Assembly: GCA_016783555.1 (NCBI GenBank)
Contig: JADHWH010000001.1
Coordinates: forward strand, 16,913 to 80,912
DNA length: 64,000 bases
DNA from: Candidatus Omnitrophota bacterium
GTDB taxonomy: Bacteria > Omnitrophota > Gorgyraeia > JABMRJ01
Reading direction: 5' to 3'
The translations under genes were made by a program, and so were the position numbers. Positions 27,447 to 36,534 of this stretch are shown here, one piece after another (within the stretch, counting starts at the first letter, position 1; the number at the start of each line of letters is the position of its first letter). Below the pieces are notes generated by a model. That model did no database searches, was not told the origin of the DNA, and saw only the letters and a program-made list of their open reading frames with translations.

Positions 27447-28463
27447 TTAGTTCCGTAATCTTAAGCCGCCCGGATGTCCCGTATTCAAAAGTGCCTCCAC
27501 TACCCTCAGGCTTCCCTTCCCATCAACAAATTTTCTTCCTACCGAGCTCATCTTCAGCCTGACATCTTTTTTCTGTAACCGCTCTATCGCCTTAAGCAGA
27601 TTCTCCTCGAGGCCCTTCTCTTCCCACCATCCGGCATACTCTATAAATCCTGCCTCCAACCATCCCCTGACATTATCTAATTGATTCTCTGCTACCGCTA
27701 TAGCTATGGCGGGTAGACCTATCCGCGCGGCCTCGTATAGAGTCTGCCCGCCGGCCGATATCGCTATATCCGATTCGAGCAATACCTTCTTCATCTGATT
27801 CGCTTCGGGATGATAGATCAATCGGGTATTCTCATCCTTGGCCTCATTAATCTCATCCAGGCTCTTAAAACCTTTCCCCACTATGACCCTCTTAGTCAAC
27901 TCCGGGTAATTCTTCGTTAAGAGGCTCAAGACCTTAGGGGTGATATTACGTGAATCATCGCCGCCGAAAGTTATAACGGCGCTTTTGACAATCTCCCTTA
28001 TTTCCTTATCCGGCGCCTCCCAAAAATCCCTCCTCAAGGGTGTATATCTTGAGCCGAGCAGGTGTGTGATGCCCTCTTCCTTAAAAAAATTTTTTTTATC
28101 GGCATTTACGGTCCCGTTTAAGACTACTCCCTTTGGATAATCTATGCGCTTGTTATCGTCAATATACACAGCCATCTTTGCCCGTTCCTGAATCCTCTTA
28201 TACAATGCTAATCCCGCAAGATATGAGTCTACGACGGCTATATCTGTCTCCTCTAATAAATCATCCAGTCTTTCACTATCTTTAAGCCAATCGAAGATTT
28301 CGACGTCTCTACCTTTCAATAAATCCTTAACGGCCTCATCCCCGTTTATTATAAACCTCGCGGATATCTTATTCGCCTCAAACGCCTGACAGAGAGAGAG
28401 GCACCTTGTGATGTGCCCGAATCCGATATCCCTGCCGCCCTCGGTTAAGATACATACCTTCAT
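27447..28463 (-). CDS. pseG: UDP-2,4-diacetamido-2,4,6-trideoxy-beta-L-altropyranose hydrolase
   Basis: DIGFGHITRCLSL is the PseG-type GxGHxxR motif, in a GT-B-like fold. Confidence 0.75.
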   Translation of the reverse strand: MKVCILTEGGRDIGFGHITRCLSLCQAFEANKISARFIINGDEAVKDLLKGRDVEIFDWLKDSERLDDLLEETDIAVVDSYLAGLALYKRIQERAKMAVYIDDNKRIDYPKGVVLNGTVNADKKNFFKEEGITHLLGSRYTPLRRDFWEAPDKEIREIVKSAVITFGGDDSRNITPKVLSLLTKNYPELTKRVIVGKGFKSLDEINEAKDENTRLIYHPEANQMKKVLLESDIAISAGGQTLYEAARIGLPAIAIAVAENQLDNVRGWLEAGFIEYAGWWEEKGLEENLLKAIERLQKKDVRLKMSSVGRKFVDGKGSLRVVEALLNTGHPGGLRLRN

Positions 28464-28466
28464 CGC

Positions 28467-29777
28467 CTAAGCAATCCTCTTAAAGCCGGAATGGCAGACA
28501 GGGCCTCTTAAGAGTCTCTCTTCTTTCTTATCCTTTATGGCCCTGGATAAGAAGAAGAAGGCCTTGTCCAACGCATCCATATATTTATCTATGGTCTTTT
28601 GTTTATGCGCATATGCAGCGTAAAATACCGTCGTTGCCAAAAATCCTTTTTCAAGCATGGCTTGTGTAAAGAGCGTCTTTAAGACCGCGCTCTTTTTATG
28701 ATTGAAGGTAAAGTGGCTTAACGGATATATTCCCGATACGGAGATATTTAGATTATGCCTCTTGGCAAGTTCTTTCCATCCGTCCTGAACCGCCTTTCCC
28801 GTCTTCGCGAGATGCGCCGGGACATTGTGTTCTCTTAACTTCTTTATGGTGGCCAGCGCCGCAACCGGACCTACCCTCTCAGTCCAGTAGGTACTGCTTA
28901 TGAACGTATCCTGCGCGATCTCCATGATATCCTTCCTTCCGATAATCGCCGCCATCGGGTATCCGTTACTCATGCCCTTGGCGAATACAGAGATATCCGG
29001 ATATACCTTAAATTTCAGGTGCGCCCCTCCGACATTGAACCGCCAGCCTGAGGTAATCTCGTCAAAGATAAGGACTATTCCTTCCTTCTTTGTAACTTCT
29101 CTTATGGTCTCAAGGAACCCCTTCGCCGGGTAGTAATTCCTGATCGGCTCCATGATAACCGCGGCGATATCCTTCTTGAACCTCTTTATGAGGCTTAAGA
29201 ATCTATCTCTATCGTTATATTCAAAAGGTATAGCCGTCTTTCTTAACCCCCTGGGCACGCCCCTGGGCTCCAACCCCGGCAAGAGATGCCCTTTTAATAC
29301 CCTTCTGTCTTTTAGGTTTGCGGCGAGATACCAATCGTGCCAGCCGTGATAGCCGCAAAATAAAATTTTATCCTTTTTCGTCTTCGCCCTCGCTATCCTT
29401 ACCGCTACCGCCACCGCCTCGCCGCCGGTCCGCGCAAAACGGACCATCCGGGCCCAGGGATGAATCCTGCAAAGCTCTTTTGCCAGCTCCACCTCTTCCG
29501 GGCAGTTCAAAGTAGACATGGTCCCTTTATCGATTGCGCTTTTTACCGCGTTATCCACATCTCTGTCGGCATAGCCCAATATACAAGAACCGACACCCAT
29601 ATGGCTGGTATCGATATACTTTCTCTTGTCTAAGTCCCACACAAGACAGCCCTTGGCCCCGCTGTAATAAGCCGGCCACAGACCCGGCAGGAACATCTCG
29701 GGCCTCTTGGAGAGAAGCTGTGTCCCGCCCGGTATGATCCTCTTTGCCTCTTTGTAAAGGTCCTGCGATATACCCAT
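28467..29777 (-). CDS. Class III (HemL/GSA-like) PLP aminotransferase
   Basis: Aminotran_3-like sequence (VIMEPI...DEITSGWRF...KG). Confidence 0.65.
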   Translation of the reverse strand: MGISQDLYKEAKRIIPGGTQLLSKRPEMFLPGLWPAYYSGAKGCLVWDLDKRKYIDTSHMGVGSCILGYADRDVDNAVKSAIDKGTMSTLNCPEEVELAKELCRIHPWARMVRFARTGGEAVAVAVRIARAKTKKDKILFCGYHGWHDWYLAANLKDRRVLKGHLLPGLEPRGVPRGLRKTAIPFEYNDRDRFLSLIKRFKKDIAAVIMEPIRNYYPAKGFLETIREVTKKEGIVLIFDEITSGWRFNVGGAHLKFKVYPDISVFAKGMSNGYPMAAIIGRKDIMEIAQDTFISSTYWTERVGPVAALATIKKLREHNVPAHLAKTGKAVQDGWKELAKRHNLNISVSGIYPLSHFTFNHKKSAVLKTLFTQAMLEKGFLATTVFYAAYAHKQKTIDKYMDALDKAFFFLSRAIKDKKEERLLRGPVCHSGFKRIA

Positions 29778-29778
29778 C

Positions 29779-31455
29779 TTATGACTCTTCCCCTCTTTTT
29801 ATATCGACGATTTTGTCTTCCTTTAGTGATTTTAAATAGCCTTCGTTTACCAAATACCCTTTGTTAATCTCTTCCACATCAGGGTTTAACTCAAGAAACC
29901 TGATTATATCTTCCATATGAAAATCCGGCTTCTTAGGGTATAAGGCCTCCAATACAGCCTTCATAAACTCAAAGTCCTCATGTCTATCTAAAGACCATCT
30001 CTTCTCACTCAAGTTCTTATCCTGCTTAAAGTGAAATACCTCAAAGTCATCTTTATTATTCATCACGTATGGAGTGACGTGCTCCCTCTCGGACTGAAGG
30101 CGGGCATTCTCCCATGCCCTTTTTAATGTATTGAAGCTAAAGACCTCTACATCCTGGCCGTCCGGATAGGTCCTCTCCCAGACATTGGAACAGTAATCCG
30201 CCCCCGAATTGAAGTATCTGTTCACTACCGCGTCTATGATCCAGGGATCGATCAAGGGGCTGTCAGCGGTTATCCGCACGATATGGCGTATATCATATGC
30301 CTTTGCCGCTTGATAGAATCTGTCCAATACGTCTTCTTCTGAACCGCGAAATACCTTGACTCCTTTTTTTTCCATTAAACTGACTATCTCTTTATCTTCA
30401 TCCTTAGTTGTGGTGGCGACTATCACATCGTCTATAGATTCTGATCTCTTGACGCGCTCGAGGACGTGCTCTAATATGGTCTTATCGAGTATCTTAAGGA
30501 GCACCTTGCCAGGCAGTCTCGTCGCGCCCATCCTGGCCTGTATAATAACGCCTGCCTTAAGCCTCTTCTTCCAATTTACAGGACATACTATCTCCTCATC
30601 ATCAAGCCTGAACGAGTCTGATTCCAGTTCACCGTATATCTTTCTCACATCATCCAAATAATCTAATGAATCTATATTATCTTTAAGCTGTTTTAGGGAA
30701 TCGACTCCTATAACCACCTTGTCAATTGAATCATTGAGCATGGCAAAACAGAGACAGAGCGCATTCTGCGGGATATTGTATTCTTTCGAAATCCTATCAA
30801 CTTTATCTAAATAACCCATTGCCTCGTTAAGATCCCTTCCTATTCTATTTTTTCTTTCAAAGAAGAGGCCCTGTAAGAAGACAGAGCGCGCATGTATCTC
30901 TATGCCTCTCTCTTTTAAATATAAAAAGTGGTCCTTAAATCTCTGGTCAAGGATATTATAGGGTACTTGAATGATATCAATCCCGATTTCACTGTCGATT
31001 AAATATTTTAACTCTTCCATTAAGGAGAGAGAGGCCCCTATCTTCTTTGTCATGCCGGCCTCTTTTAATGACTCCATCCCGCTCCATAAGCTGATTCCGG
31101 GCAAGCGTATATCCTCAAAATTGTGGACCAGGTATCCATAAATACTACTCTGCCCGAGCCTCTTAAGTGTCTCGGAAGAGCTATCTCGTACCTTCCCGAC
31201 ATCTCTATAAAAGTGCGGGGTCTTAGAGACAATTTTAAAACTCTTGTCTGTCTCTCTTATAAATTCACCTATCAATCTTTCGCTGTCGCCGTAGAGGCAG
31301 GCTGTATCCAGCATATCTATGCCTGCGTTAGCGGCATATTCCAGGATTTTGAATACCTCATCTTTAGGGATTTTGCCTCTCTTATTGGCTATCCCGTAAT
31401 CCAGGCCGAACTGGGCCGTCCCAAGACATAATCTTTTTATGAAGTTCTTCTTCAT
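29779..31455 (-). CDS. pseF: Fusion: aldo/keto reductase + PseF/SpsF-type cytidylyltransferase (CMP-pseudaminic acid synthetase)
   Basis: The N-terminus LGTAQFGLDYG is AKR-like. The C-terminus GVIIQARMGATRLPGKVLL is the SpsF/PseF signature. Confidence 0.75.
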   Translation of the reverse strand: MKKNFIKRLCLGTAQFGLDYGIANKRGKIPKDEVFKILEYAANAGIDMLDTACLYGDSERLIGEFIRETDKSFKIVSKTPHFYRDVGKVRDSSSETLKRLGQSSIYGYLVHNFEDIRLPGISLWSGMESLKEAGMTKKIGASLSLMEELKYLIDSEIGIDIIQVPYNILDQRFKDHFLYLKERGIEIHARSVFLQGLFFERKNRIGRDLNEAMGYLDKVDRISKEYNIPQNALCLCFAMLNDSIDKVVIGVDSLKQLKDNIDSLDYLDDVRKIYGELESDSFRLDDEEIVCPVNWKKRLKAGVIIQARMGATRLPGKVLLKILDKTILEHVLERVKRSESIDDVIVATTTKDEDKEIVSLMEKKGVKVFRGSEEDVLDRFYQAAKAYDIRHIVRITADSPLIDPWIIDAVVNRYFNSGADYCSNVWERTYPDGQDVEVFSFNTLKRAWENARLQSEREHVTPYVMNNKDDFEVFHFKQDKNLSEKRWSLDRHEDFEFMKAVLEALYPKKPDFHMEDIIRFLELNPDVEEINKGYLVNEGYLKSLKEDKIVDIKRGEES

Positions 31456-31458
31456 ATT

Positions 31459-32601
31459 CTAAAAAAACTCCTCGATTCCCTTTATGACTTTCAACTGATC
31501 AGGCTTAGATAATCCTGCATACAAGGGGAGGCTCAGACACTCTTTAAAATATCTCTCCGCGACAGGGAAATCATTCCATCTATATCCAAACGTCTTTTTA
31601 TAATATGAAAGCAGGTGTACGGGTATATAGTTTACCTGGGTAGATATCCCTTTTTCTTTAAGGTAATTATAAAGCCTGTCGCGTCTCTTCCGGGGCACGC
31701 GTATAACGTAGAGGTGGTAGGAGGCGCGGGTATCATCTCTCTCTGAGGGCAGCCTTATAGCTTCTATCTTGGACAAACGATTATTATACGTAGAAACAAG
31801 ACGCCTTCTCTCTCTTACCATTTTATTCAATTTCTTTAGCTGAGATATCCCTAACGCGCTTTGAAAATCCGTAATGCGGTAATTGAAACCTATCTGCGGT
31901 ATATCATATGACCAAAACCCTTTTTCTTTCTTTACTATGCCGTGGTGCCTGAGCTTCAGCGCAGATTTATAGATATTCCTGTCATTGGTCAGTATCGCCC
32001 CGCCCTCGCCTGTCGTTATGTGCTTTATCGGATGAAAGCTAAAGATAGTTATGTCCGAGTGCCTTGAGCTCCCGACCTTTGCCCATCTCTCTCTAATCCT
32101 ATACTCGGCGCCGAGCGCATGGGCGGCGTCCTCCACAACCTTTATCCCGTAGCCCGCGCATACCTTTTTTATCTCTACGATATCGGCTACGGTCCCCATA
32201 AAATGAACAGGGACAACCGCCTTTACCTTTCTTCTCTGCGAGGGAACTTTTAAGAAATCTTTTAACCTTTCTGTATCCATGTGATAAGTCTTATCGTCTA
32301 TATCCACAAACGAAGGCCTCGCGTTTACGTAAAGGGCGCAGTTCGCGCTCGCGGAAAAAGTAATAGGCGACGTTATAACTCTGTCGCCTTCTGTTACATT
32401 AAGCGCCAACATCGATAGGTGAAGCGCCGACGTCCCGCTCGATACGGCCACTGCGTATCTCGCCCCGGTATATTCGGCCAGGGCCTCTTCGAACTCCCTT
32501 ATCTTCGGGCCTTGAGTAAGCCAGTCGGATCTCAGCGCCCTGACTACTCCTCTTACATCATCATCTGTAATATACTGATGGCTATACGGTACGGTCTTCA
32601 T
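31459..32601 (-). CDS. pseC: UDP-4-amino-4,6-dideoxy-N-acetyl-beta-L-altrosamine transaminase
   Basis: DegT family with ITFSASANC and SFHPIKHITTGEGG, the PseC-type motifs. Confidence 0.8.
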   Translation of the reverse strand: MKTVPYSHQYITDDDVRGVVRALRSDWLTQGPKIREFEEALAEYTGARYAVAVSSGTSALHLSMLALNVTEGDRVITSPITFSASANCALYVNARPSFVDIDDKTYHMDTERLKDFLKVPSQRRKVKAVVPVHFMGTVADIVEIKKVCAGYGIKVVEDAAHALGAEYRIRERWAKVGSSRHSDITIFSFHPIKHITTGEGGAILTNDRNIYKSALKLRHHGIVKKEKGFWSYDIPQIGFNYRITDFQSALGISQLKKLNKMVRERRRLVSTYNNRLSKIEAIRLPSERDDTRASYHLYVIRVPRKRRDRLYNYLKEKGISTQVNYIPVHLLSYYKKTFGYRWNDFPVAERYFKECLSLPLYAGLSKPDQLKVIKGIEEFF

Positions 32602-32612
32602 CGCCCCTCAAT

Positions 32613-33596
32613 CTATAAATTTTCTACCATCTTCTGCAGCGTCTCCTGCGTCAACCATTTGTCATTCTTATCGCTCTTATAGATAAACCCTTCAGGCACG
32701 GGTTTACATCCTTCATATTTTTTATGGATCTCATGCCTTTCGAAAAATTGAGGCAGTATCACATATATCCCGTTAAATAACTTCGTCTTTCTCGCTTCAT
32801 CCTCGGAGATGAGGCTCTCGTGCAGCTTCTCGCCCGGCCTTATGCCGATAATCTTAAATTTGCATTCCGGTTCAATGGCCCGGGCCAGGTCCGTCAATTT
32901 CATGGACGGTATATGCGGGACAAATATCTCGCCGCCCTCCGCTTCCCGCAGGGCCTTTATGACAAGCTCTACGCTCTCATCCAATGTCATCCAGAAACGC
33001 GTCATCCTCTCATCTGTAAGCGGGAACTCTTTTATTCTCTTTTCTTTCAGATTGAGGAAGTGCTCTATCACGCTGCCCCTGGATGCGACCACATTGCCGT
33101 AACGGACAACCGAGAATTTAACCCTATTCCCCCCATACGCATTTGCGTCTATGAAGATCTTCTCCGCCACAAGCTTTGTAGCGCCGTATAGATTTATGGG
33201 GCTTACCGCCTTGTCGCTTGAGAGCGCTATTACCTTTTCGACTCCTCTATCAAGGGCCGCCTCTACTATGTTATTAGCGCCTAAAATATTAGTCTTAACG
33301 GCTTCTATTGGGTTATATTCAAGGGCGGGGACCTGTTTTAGGGCGGCTGCGTGTATTACATAATCGACGTTCTGAAATGCCCTCATGAGCCTCGCCTTAT
33401 CCCTTATATCGCCTATAAAGAACCTTATGTTGAAATCCATCTTAGACGATTCCACCTTCATCTGGTGCTGTTTAAATTCATCCCGGCTGAAGATTATAAG
33501 CTTATCGGGCTTATAATTCTTTAGGGCTATCTCGGTGAACTTCTTCCCGAAGGAGCCTGTCCCCCCTGTTATCAGAATGGTCTTTTTGTTCAACAT
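32613..33596 (-). CDS. pseB: UDP-N-acetylglucosamine 4,6-dehydratase (inverting)
   Basis: KTILITGGTGSFGKKF plus YGATK is the PseB/FlaA1 signature. The first 86 bp overlap the 3' end of the MarR gene. Confidence 0.85.
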   Translation of the reverse strand: MLNKKTILITGGTGSFGKKFTEIALKNYKPDKLIIFSRDEFKQHQMKVESSKMDFNIRFFIGDIRDKARLMRAFQNVDYVIHAAALKQVPALEYNPIEAVKTNILGANNIVEAALDRGVEKVIALSSDKAVSPINLYGATKLVAEKIFIDANAYGGNRVKFSVVRYGNVVASRGSVIEHFLNLKEKRIKEFPLTDERMTRFWMTLDESVELVIKALREAEGGEIFVPHIPSMKLTDLARAIEPECKFKIIGIRPGEKLHESLISEDEARKTKLFNGIYVILPQFFERHEIHKKYEGCKPVPEGFIYKSDKNDKWLTQETLQKMVENL

Positions 33597-33924
33597 TATT
33601 CGCCTCCTGAATCTTTTCGTATTCCCTCTTTAGTGCTTCAAATTGTCTCTCTTTTACCTTTAAGAAATGGTATGTGAGATTCATCTTCTCACTAAGCCCT
33701 TTTTGGGTTAAGAGATACTTTACCTTTTTGGCCTTTCCCGGGTTTTTGGAAAAACTGGCTATCTTTATGATGCCCTTCTTGGCGAGTTCTTTTAGGAGGT
33801 AATTGGTCTTTCCAAGAGAGATATCAAGCTTCTTGGAGAGTACGCGCTGGTTTAAGGAAGGGTTATCTCCTACTTCCCTTATTATATTAAGCGTATCTTC
33901 TTTTAGTAAGTCATGTTCATCCAT
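33511..33924 (-). CDS. EPS-associated MarR-family winged-helix transcriptional regulator
   Basis: LNQRVLSKKLDISLGKTNYLLKELAKKGII is a wHTH motif. It is the first gene of the minus-strand glycan operon. Confidence 0.65.
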   Translation of the reverse strand: MDEHDLLKEDTLNIIREVGDNPSLNQRVLSKKLDISLGKTNYLLKELAKKGIIKIASFSKNPGKAKKVKYLLTQKGLSEKMNLTYHFLKVKERQFEALKREYEKIQEANNVEQKDHSDNRGDRLLREEVHRDSPKEL

Positions 33925-33932
33925 TGAACAAT

Positions 33933-33961
33933 ATTTTAGCTCAACGGTTGAACATTGTCAA
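33933..33961 (-). promoter_or_regulatory. Sigma70-type promoter for the MarR/pse operon, with direct repeats that are candidate operators
   Basis: On the minus strand the sequence reads TTGACA-17nt-TAAAAT. The -10 box ends 8 nt before the MarR ATG, giving a near-leaderless transcript. ATGTTCAA/TTGTTCAA repeats flank it. Confidence 0.6.
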
Positions 33962-34082
33962 GGAATAATTATATTATGATTAAAAGGCTGGCTTTTGATA
34001 ATGCTTTATGATAATGGCGGGCAATCAGAGACTCAGAGGCAGTAGGAATGCTGCACCATAAGCATCTGGCTCATTACCCCAT

Positions 34083-35531
34083 CTATTCTAAGGTAATGGA
34101 ATACTCTACCTTCTTTTCAATCTTCTCTCTCTTCTTCGGACATTCGCCGGTCCAGCAATATAGGCAGAGCCTCTCTTTCGGCAGCCCGATGGCCTTGACC
34201 ATATCGTCTACGGTTTGATATCGGAGGCTCGTAATCTCCAAGTCCTTCGCAATCCACTCAACCATCTTCTTATATTTCTCTGAATTATTATCAAGATACT
34301 CATCCACATTATCAAGATCATGCCCCTCTAAACCACGGATCGCCCTTCGCGCTGCGAGTTCATGTATGGAACGTGTCGAGAGATTGAACCTGCACGGAAA
34401 CATAAGAGGCGGGCAGGCCGGCCGTATATGAATCTCCTGTGCGCCGTTATCCCATAGCTTCTTTATAGTAAAGTTCTTAAGCTGGGTCCCCCTTACTATG
34501 GAATCTTCGCATATGACTATCCTGTTATTCTTGATTATATCCTCAATAGGCACCAACTTCATCTTGGCTATTAAATCACGTGTCTCCTGAGACGGAGGGG
34601 TGTAACTCCTGCCGTATCCGGGCGTGTATTTAACGAGCGGGCGCCTATAAGGTTTCTTCGACTCCATCGCATAACCGATAGCATGCGCAGTCCCTGAATC
34701 CGGAACTCCAGAGACCACATCCACGTCTATATCCTTATCGCGTCTTGCCAGAGATCTGCCGCATCTCTCTCTTACCATCTCGACATTTATGCCTTCGTAA
34801 GTGGATGCGGGAAAACCCGCGTATATCCAGAGGAACGCGCATATCTGGTTTATATCGCCGCCCGGTCTTTTTTGCGACATGCCTTTTTCATTCACCAATA
34901 TTATCTCGCCGGGCTCCAGATATTTGATTATCTTAAAGTCGCTGTTCGGAAAGGCGCAGGTCTCAGAGGTCATAGCGATAGAATCGGGCCTCTGTCCTAT
35001 AGCAAGAGGGGTGTAGCCGAACCTGTCTCTTGCGGCATAGATCCCGTCCTTGGTCAGTAAGAGCAGTGAACATGAACCGTCGATGGCATCGAACATCTTC
35101 TCTATGCCGTCAATGAGATCGTCGCCCTGGCTTATCAATTTGGCTATTAATTCTGTCGCATTGGTCTTTCCTCTGCTTACCTCGCTAAAGGATATCCCCT
35201 TTTTGCGCAACTCTTCCGCGAGCTCTTCGGTATTCTCTAAAAGTCCGTTGGTAACTATAGAGAAAGACCCTAATCTGGAGTTTAAATATATAGGCTGCTC
35301 ATCGAAGGCGCTTATAACGCCTATTCCTTTATTGCCCTTCATTCGCCTGCAGTCCTCGTAGAATTTGGATTTAAACTGTGTCTGTGATATATCGTGTATC
35401 TGGCGCTGGAGGGCCGCGCCGAGAACCGCTATGCCGCCGAATTCGGTCCCGAGATGCGAATGATAATCTGTGCCGTAAAAAAGCGTGTCTACGCAGTCAT
35501 TCTTTGATACAACGCCAAAAATTCCGCTCAT
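34083..35531 (-). CDS. Amidophosphoribosyltransferase (PurF)-like protein with Ser in place of the N-terminal nucleophile Cys
   Basis: The N-terminus is MSGIFGVV rather than MCGI. The PRTase motif CEDSIVRGTQL is intact. There is a Cys-rich C-terminus. Confidence 0.6.
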   Translation of the reverse strand: MSGIFGVVSKNDCVDTLFYGTDYHSHLGTEFGGIAVLGAALQRQIHDISQTQFKSKFYEDCRRMKGNKGIGVISAFDEQPIYLNSRLGSFSIVTNGLLENTEELAEELRKKGISFSEVSRGKTNATELIAKLISQGDDLIDGIEKMFDAIDGSCSLLLLTKDGIYAARDRFGYTPLAIGQRPDSIAMTSETCAFPNSDFKIIKYLEPGEIILVNEKGMSQKRPGGDINQICAFLWIYAGFPASTYEGINVEMVRERCGRSLARRDKDIDVDVVSGVPDSGTAHAIGYAMESKKPYRRPLVKYTPGYGRSYTPPSQETRDLIAKMKLVPIEDIIKNNRIVICEDSIVRGTQLKNFTIKKLWDNGAQEIHIRPACPPLMFPCRFNLSTRSIHELAARRAIRGLEGHDLDNVDEYLDNNSEKYKKMVEWIAKDLEITSLRYQTVDDMVKAIGLPKERLCLYCWTGECPKKREKIEKKVEYSITLE

Positions 35532-35598
35532 CCCTTACCTCCTGTTTCGACTGTAATATTATACACCTAAAGCCGAAATTTTCAAAGAGATTCCCATG

Positions 35599-36516
35599 TT
35601 ATATATAGAAGCCATAGAGAGTTAAAGAGGCCTTTTCGATCTCCGCGGGCCTTCTCTTTGTGAAGAAGTGGCTCTTCCATAAAGTGCCGGTATAGTTTCT
35701 ATATCTGTTAGACTCATCAAGATACGGTAAAGTCAGGGGCCTGTCTTCTCTGACGAATCCCGCGTTTGTTATAAGATAGGCGTCATAACCGTATCTTCTC
35801 ATTAAATTATAAATCTTCCCCTTCTCTTTGTCGTTTAATGTTATCTCCATTATAAAATCGATATTTCTTCTCTTCAACACAGAGGGTGAAGCCTCTAAGA
35901 TGTCCGATTCGCTTCCTTCGCAGTCCAGTTTTATCAAGGTGTTGCTGCTATCGCCTCCGACTACGTCCTCTAGTGTAATCGTCTCGACCGTCATCGTCTT
36001 ATACGGCAGATTATTGTAAATTCCGCCTGTGCCTTTGAATGAATTAATAAGAGAGGCGGATGAAGAGAACTTAGAGCTATTTCTTGCGGTAGGGTAGTAC
36101 ATGGTAACTTCCTTGCCCCCGGCTCTGTCTAGCGCCTTGCCGATTAATTTAAAATCCAAATTATTAATCTTCTTTATCTTCTTGATATACTCCACATTGG
36201 CAGGGAAAGGCTCTACGGCTATAATCTCCACACTGCCCTCAAAGGTTATCGAGGCCAGGATCGAGTAAAATCCTATATTCGCGCCTGTGTCAATGAATCT
36301 GTCGATATGCCAGGGGTATTTCTCAACCAGGGTAACTACCTCGCCCTCAAAGGCCTTGTATCCGCCAAAGGCTATCTCCCTTAAAAGATTTGACTTAGCG
36401 ATATCGGTAAACAGCACACCTCTATCCTTTATCTTTATCCTCTTCTTATTAAGGACCTTGCAGTCTATCAACCTCATCATCAACTTCTTTTTAAGCAAAG
36501 ACGAAATCCTACTCAT
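35599..36516 (-). CDS. FkbM-family methyltransferase
   Basis: DTGANIGFYS...EPFPANVEY are FkbM-domain motifs. Confidence 0.65.
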   Translation of the reverse strand: MSRISSLLKKKLMMRLIDCKVLNKKRIKIKDRGVLFTDIAKSNLLREIAFGGYKAFEGEVVTLVEKYPWHIDRFIDTGANIGFYSILASITFEGSVEIIAVEPFPANVEYIKKIKKINNLDFKLIGKALDRAGGKEVTMYYPTARNSSKFSSSASLINSFKGTGGIYNNLPYKTMTVETITLEDVVGGDSSNTLIKLDCEGSESDILEASPSVLKRRNIDFIMEITLNDKEKGKIYNLMRRYGYDAYLITNAGFVREDRPLTLPYLDESNRYRNYTGTLWKSHFFTKRRPAEIEKASLTLYGFYI

Positions 36517-36534
36517 ATTTACTCCCGTCCTTAA

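Noticed and set aside
33511-33596. 86-bp MarR/pseB coding overlap as evidence of a frameshift or pseudogene
   Set aside because: Both frames are intact and pseB has only one possible start preceding its GxGxxG motif. This is more likely a genuine overlap with a dispensable low-complexity MarR tail. It cannot be resolved without reads.
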